64,000 nucleotides of DNA, taken from assembly GCA_965287045.1 (NCBI GenBank), contig OZ336875.1, forward strand, positions 74,710,001 through 74,774,000, given 5' to 3'. This DNA comes from Carcharhinus amblyrhynchos. Its lineage: Eukaryota. How positions within the stretch are numbered: the stretch's first letter is position 1; each line of letters starts with the position of its first letter. Of this stretch, positions 61,220 through 64,000 are shown piece by piece. The translations under genes and the position numbers were made by a program. The notes beneath the pieces were generated by a model. That model searched no databases and had not been told where the DNA came from. It saw only the letters and a list, made by a program, of their open reading frames with translations.

Positions 61220-61985
61220 TTAAAGAACAAAAAATTACAACACAAGAACAGGCCCTTCAGCCCTCCAAGCCTGCACTGTCCATGCTGCCCAACTGAACTA
61301 AATCTCCTAGCCTTCTTGGAACCTCTACCCCATAAAAGTCACTCTCATATCTGCTTACATGACCACCTCCAACAGTGAGTTCCAGGCACCCACCTTCTGT
61401 TTGTAAAAAAACTTGCTTCATATATTTCCTTTTAAACATTGCCCCTCACCTTAAACCTATGCCCCCAAATAATTGACAGCTTCCCTGGGAAGATGCTTCT
61501 GACTATCCACTCTGTCCATGCCCCTTTATAATCTTGTAGACTTCTATCAGGTTGCCTTTCAACCTCCGTCATTCCAGTGAGACCAAACCAAGTTTCTCTA
61601 ACTTCTCATAGCTAATGTGCTCCATACCACGCAACATCCTGGTAAATCTTTTTGTACCCTCTCTACAGCCTCCACATACTTCTGGTAGTGTGGCGACCAG
61701 AATTGAACACTATTCCAAGTACAGCCTAACTAAAGTTCTATAAAGCGGCAACATTACTTGCCAATTTTTAAACTCAATGCCCCAACTGATGAAGGCAAGC
61801 ATACCATATGCCTTCTTGACTACCTTCTCCACCTGCGTTGCCACTTTCAGTGACCTGTGTACTTGTACACCCAGATCCCTTTGCTTATCAATACTCTTAA
61901 GGGTTTGGGCATTTACTGTACATTTCCTATCTGTATTAGACCTTCCAAAATGCATTACCTCATTTGTCCAGGTTAAACTCCATGT
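61220..61985 (-). mobile_element. CR1 3' fragment in CAPRIN2 intron
   Basis: RDLGVQVHRSLKVATQVEKVVKKAYGML... Confidence 0.88.
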
Positions 61986-62807
61986 GCCATTGCTCTACGT
62001 AAGCCTCCAACCACTTGGGAGAGAAATGGTCGTAAAATTCTGATCTCTGATATTGCAACACATGAGTACAACAGATGTACATGCCTGAAGATTTGATCCT
62101 CCTGCCCAAATTTCACCCAAGTTGGATGGTCCAATTACATAAGTACACTTTATTTACTTTGGCCAATAGCATTCTACCTGTCAGCAGAATTAGGAATTCA
62201 TCAGTCAACTGAATCCAGAAGTTCTTTCCTCTGTTGCCTAGTAACCTTACCTACGCAAATCTGGTAGGTTCAAGGGTGCCTCCTAACACCTGCAGTCCTG
62301 AGAACTAGAAGGGAGTTGTATTCTCGTCTGTTTTCTGTCCCTTTCAGCAGAGGTTGAATTGCAGCTATTCATTACAGCTAGAAGCTGAATCCTTCTATTC
62401 ATTTCGATAACCTTGGATGCCAGTAGCTGCCTGGCCTGCCCCTGATAATAGGATATATGCTCTATGCTTCATTGTTCCAAAAGTATGTGATCTGTCTAAT
62501 TATACTTACTTCCCATTATGCTAAGGGGTAAATTGTCTGACTAAAGCTCACAAGAAAATACAAAAATACAGTTTAACTCTACTTGTTCAATATATGTATT
62601 GTCTGTACAGGTGTCTTTTTATATACCTTAATGTATATAAAGCACACTGTAGTCCCTGTTTTAAACTAAACTTGTTTTATTGGTCTGAAAAGCAGGGATT
62701 TCTGTATACCCTGCTACTGGGAGGCAAGCCATTTAGTGAGGTGCTGGTGTGTTCACATCCCCAGTGATGGGAGTGAAAAGGAATGACCTGAAGCTTTGTC
62801 TTTTCAG

Positions 62808-62890
62808 CCTTGAAGATCAAATAGAATTGGTGTCAAATCAAATGTGGGAACTGTTAGAAGGAGCTGATAAAATGGTGGCTGGTAGCACCT
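62808..62890 (+). CDS. CAPRIN2: CAPRIN2 coding exon 5
   Basis: CAG/GTAAGT boundaries, phase 2 to 1. Encodes LEDQIELVSNQMWELLEGADKMVAGST. Confidence 0.93.
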
Positions 62891-63029
62891 GTAAGTTCAA
62901 ATCTTTTTCTTGGTGAATTTGGGTTTTTATCTTGTGTACTAATTAGTCTGATTTGTGACTCAAATTTCTGGATTGAGTACTCATGTTGATGTGCAATAGT
63001 GACTATCCTCTAAATTTTTTTTCTCCTAG

Positions 63030-63182
63030 ATAAACACCTGAAGGAGGCAATAGGTAAATTATTGAACTGTACCTACTTTGATAGAATTCCAGTTCCTCGC
63101 AATGGGTTGCTGAATGATGACACTGAAGATAAAATCAAAGAGGTGCAAGTAACTTCCAAGGCCTTGTCTGGAAAGGATTCTG
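63030..63182 (+). CDS. CAPRIN2: CAPRIN2 coding exon 6 (gene continues beyond window)
   Basis: TAG/GTACGT boundaries. Encodes (Y)KHLKEAIGKLLNCTYFDRIPVPRNG... Confidence 0.9.
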
Positions 63183-64000
63183 GTACGTGAAATGGCAAGA
63201 TCCAACTAGCCAATGTCTTTCAGCTTTCCTATAATCAATAAGGTAGCTAGCCTGGAGTTTCCTGTTTTGTCACCCTCCTTTTATCTCTGACAGAGCATCC
63301 AGAATCTGGACAACTTTGGGAAAATTTAAAATCAATGGGTGGACTTTTACAGCCACTTTGGAATCTTCTAGTCCTGCTGTAATGGATGAACCTTTGAACA
63401 GCTTATTGCCTTTCTGACTGTGCTCCTACCATGATGTAGCTGTAACATTTTACCCAATGCATCTACTATCTGCAGTTGCATCTTTCAAGATCCTAGGCTG
63501 AAGTCCCATTAGGCCCTGGGGACTTGGCAGCTTTTGATTTCTGATGATTTTCTCTACCCTTTCCCTGCTGATCACTTACCTTCCTTTCACCTGATTTCTC
63601 CAGTTTTTTCTGGAATGTTATTTGTGTCTCTACAGTGAAGACTGATGCAAGATATCTATTCAAGTCTCCTGCAATTACTTTATTTTCCCATTCCATTAAT
63701 TCCCCCATTCTTGAAAACAACGCTCATACCTCAGACTCTTGGTATCAGTTTTGATGTTTCTAATTACTTTCTCTTGTATTCTAATTTCTTCCTCAATCTT
63801 TTAGTAATTATCTGCTGTATTTTACACTCTTCTGACTTGCGGAGTTGTACATTTAACTTTAGCCATTGATGGGGCATTGACTATCTTTACTGATAATTCT
63901 GAAATATTTCCTCAGTGTCTGCCACTGCATGATCAATTAAATCTCTCCTCTACCTAATTTTGCAGTTCATTTTTGCCAGATGCCCTCAAAATTGCCCTTT

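Overview
Vertebrate genomic DNA, most likely a cartilaginous fish (shark), judging by the CR1/HER1-type LINEs, HE1-type V-SINEs, Deu-domain SINEs and Penelope remnants. Two host genes lie on the + strand. SINHCAF (FAM60A) has five coding exons at 2576-11076 (222 aa) and a repeat-free 3'UTR of about 2.7 kb. CAPRIN2 has a CpG-island promoter at about 55.2 kb and six coding exons to 63182, and continues past the window. The intergenic region and introns are packed with often nested transposable elements: a full-length but disrupted CR1, a near-intact CR1 ORF2, a decayed PIF/Harbinger transposase, a Penelope GIY-YIG fragment, a hAT MITE and many SINEs. Three observations stand out. (1) A CR1 family present in three copies carries an entire captured V-SINE as its 3' end. 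(2) A set of short Penelope-derived insertions carries minimal hammerhead ribozymes, and their target sites repeatedly contain CTCCA/TGGAG. (3) An in-frame TGA separates an 'MVQL' start from the main CAPRIN2 ORF. Family names come from recognising motifs by eye, not from database searches, and repeat boundaries are approximate.
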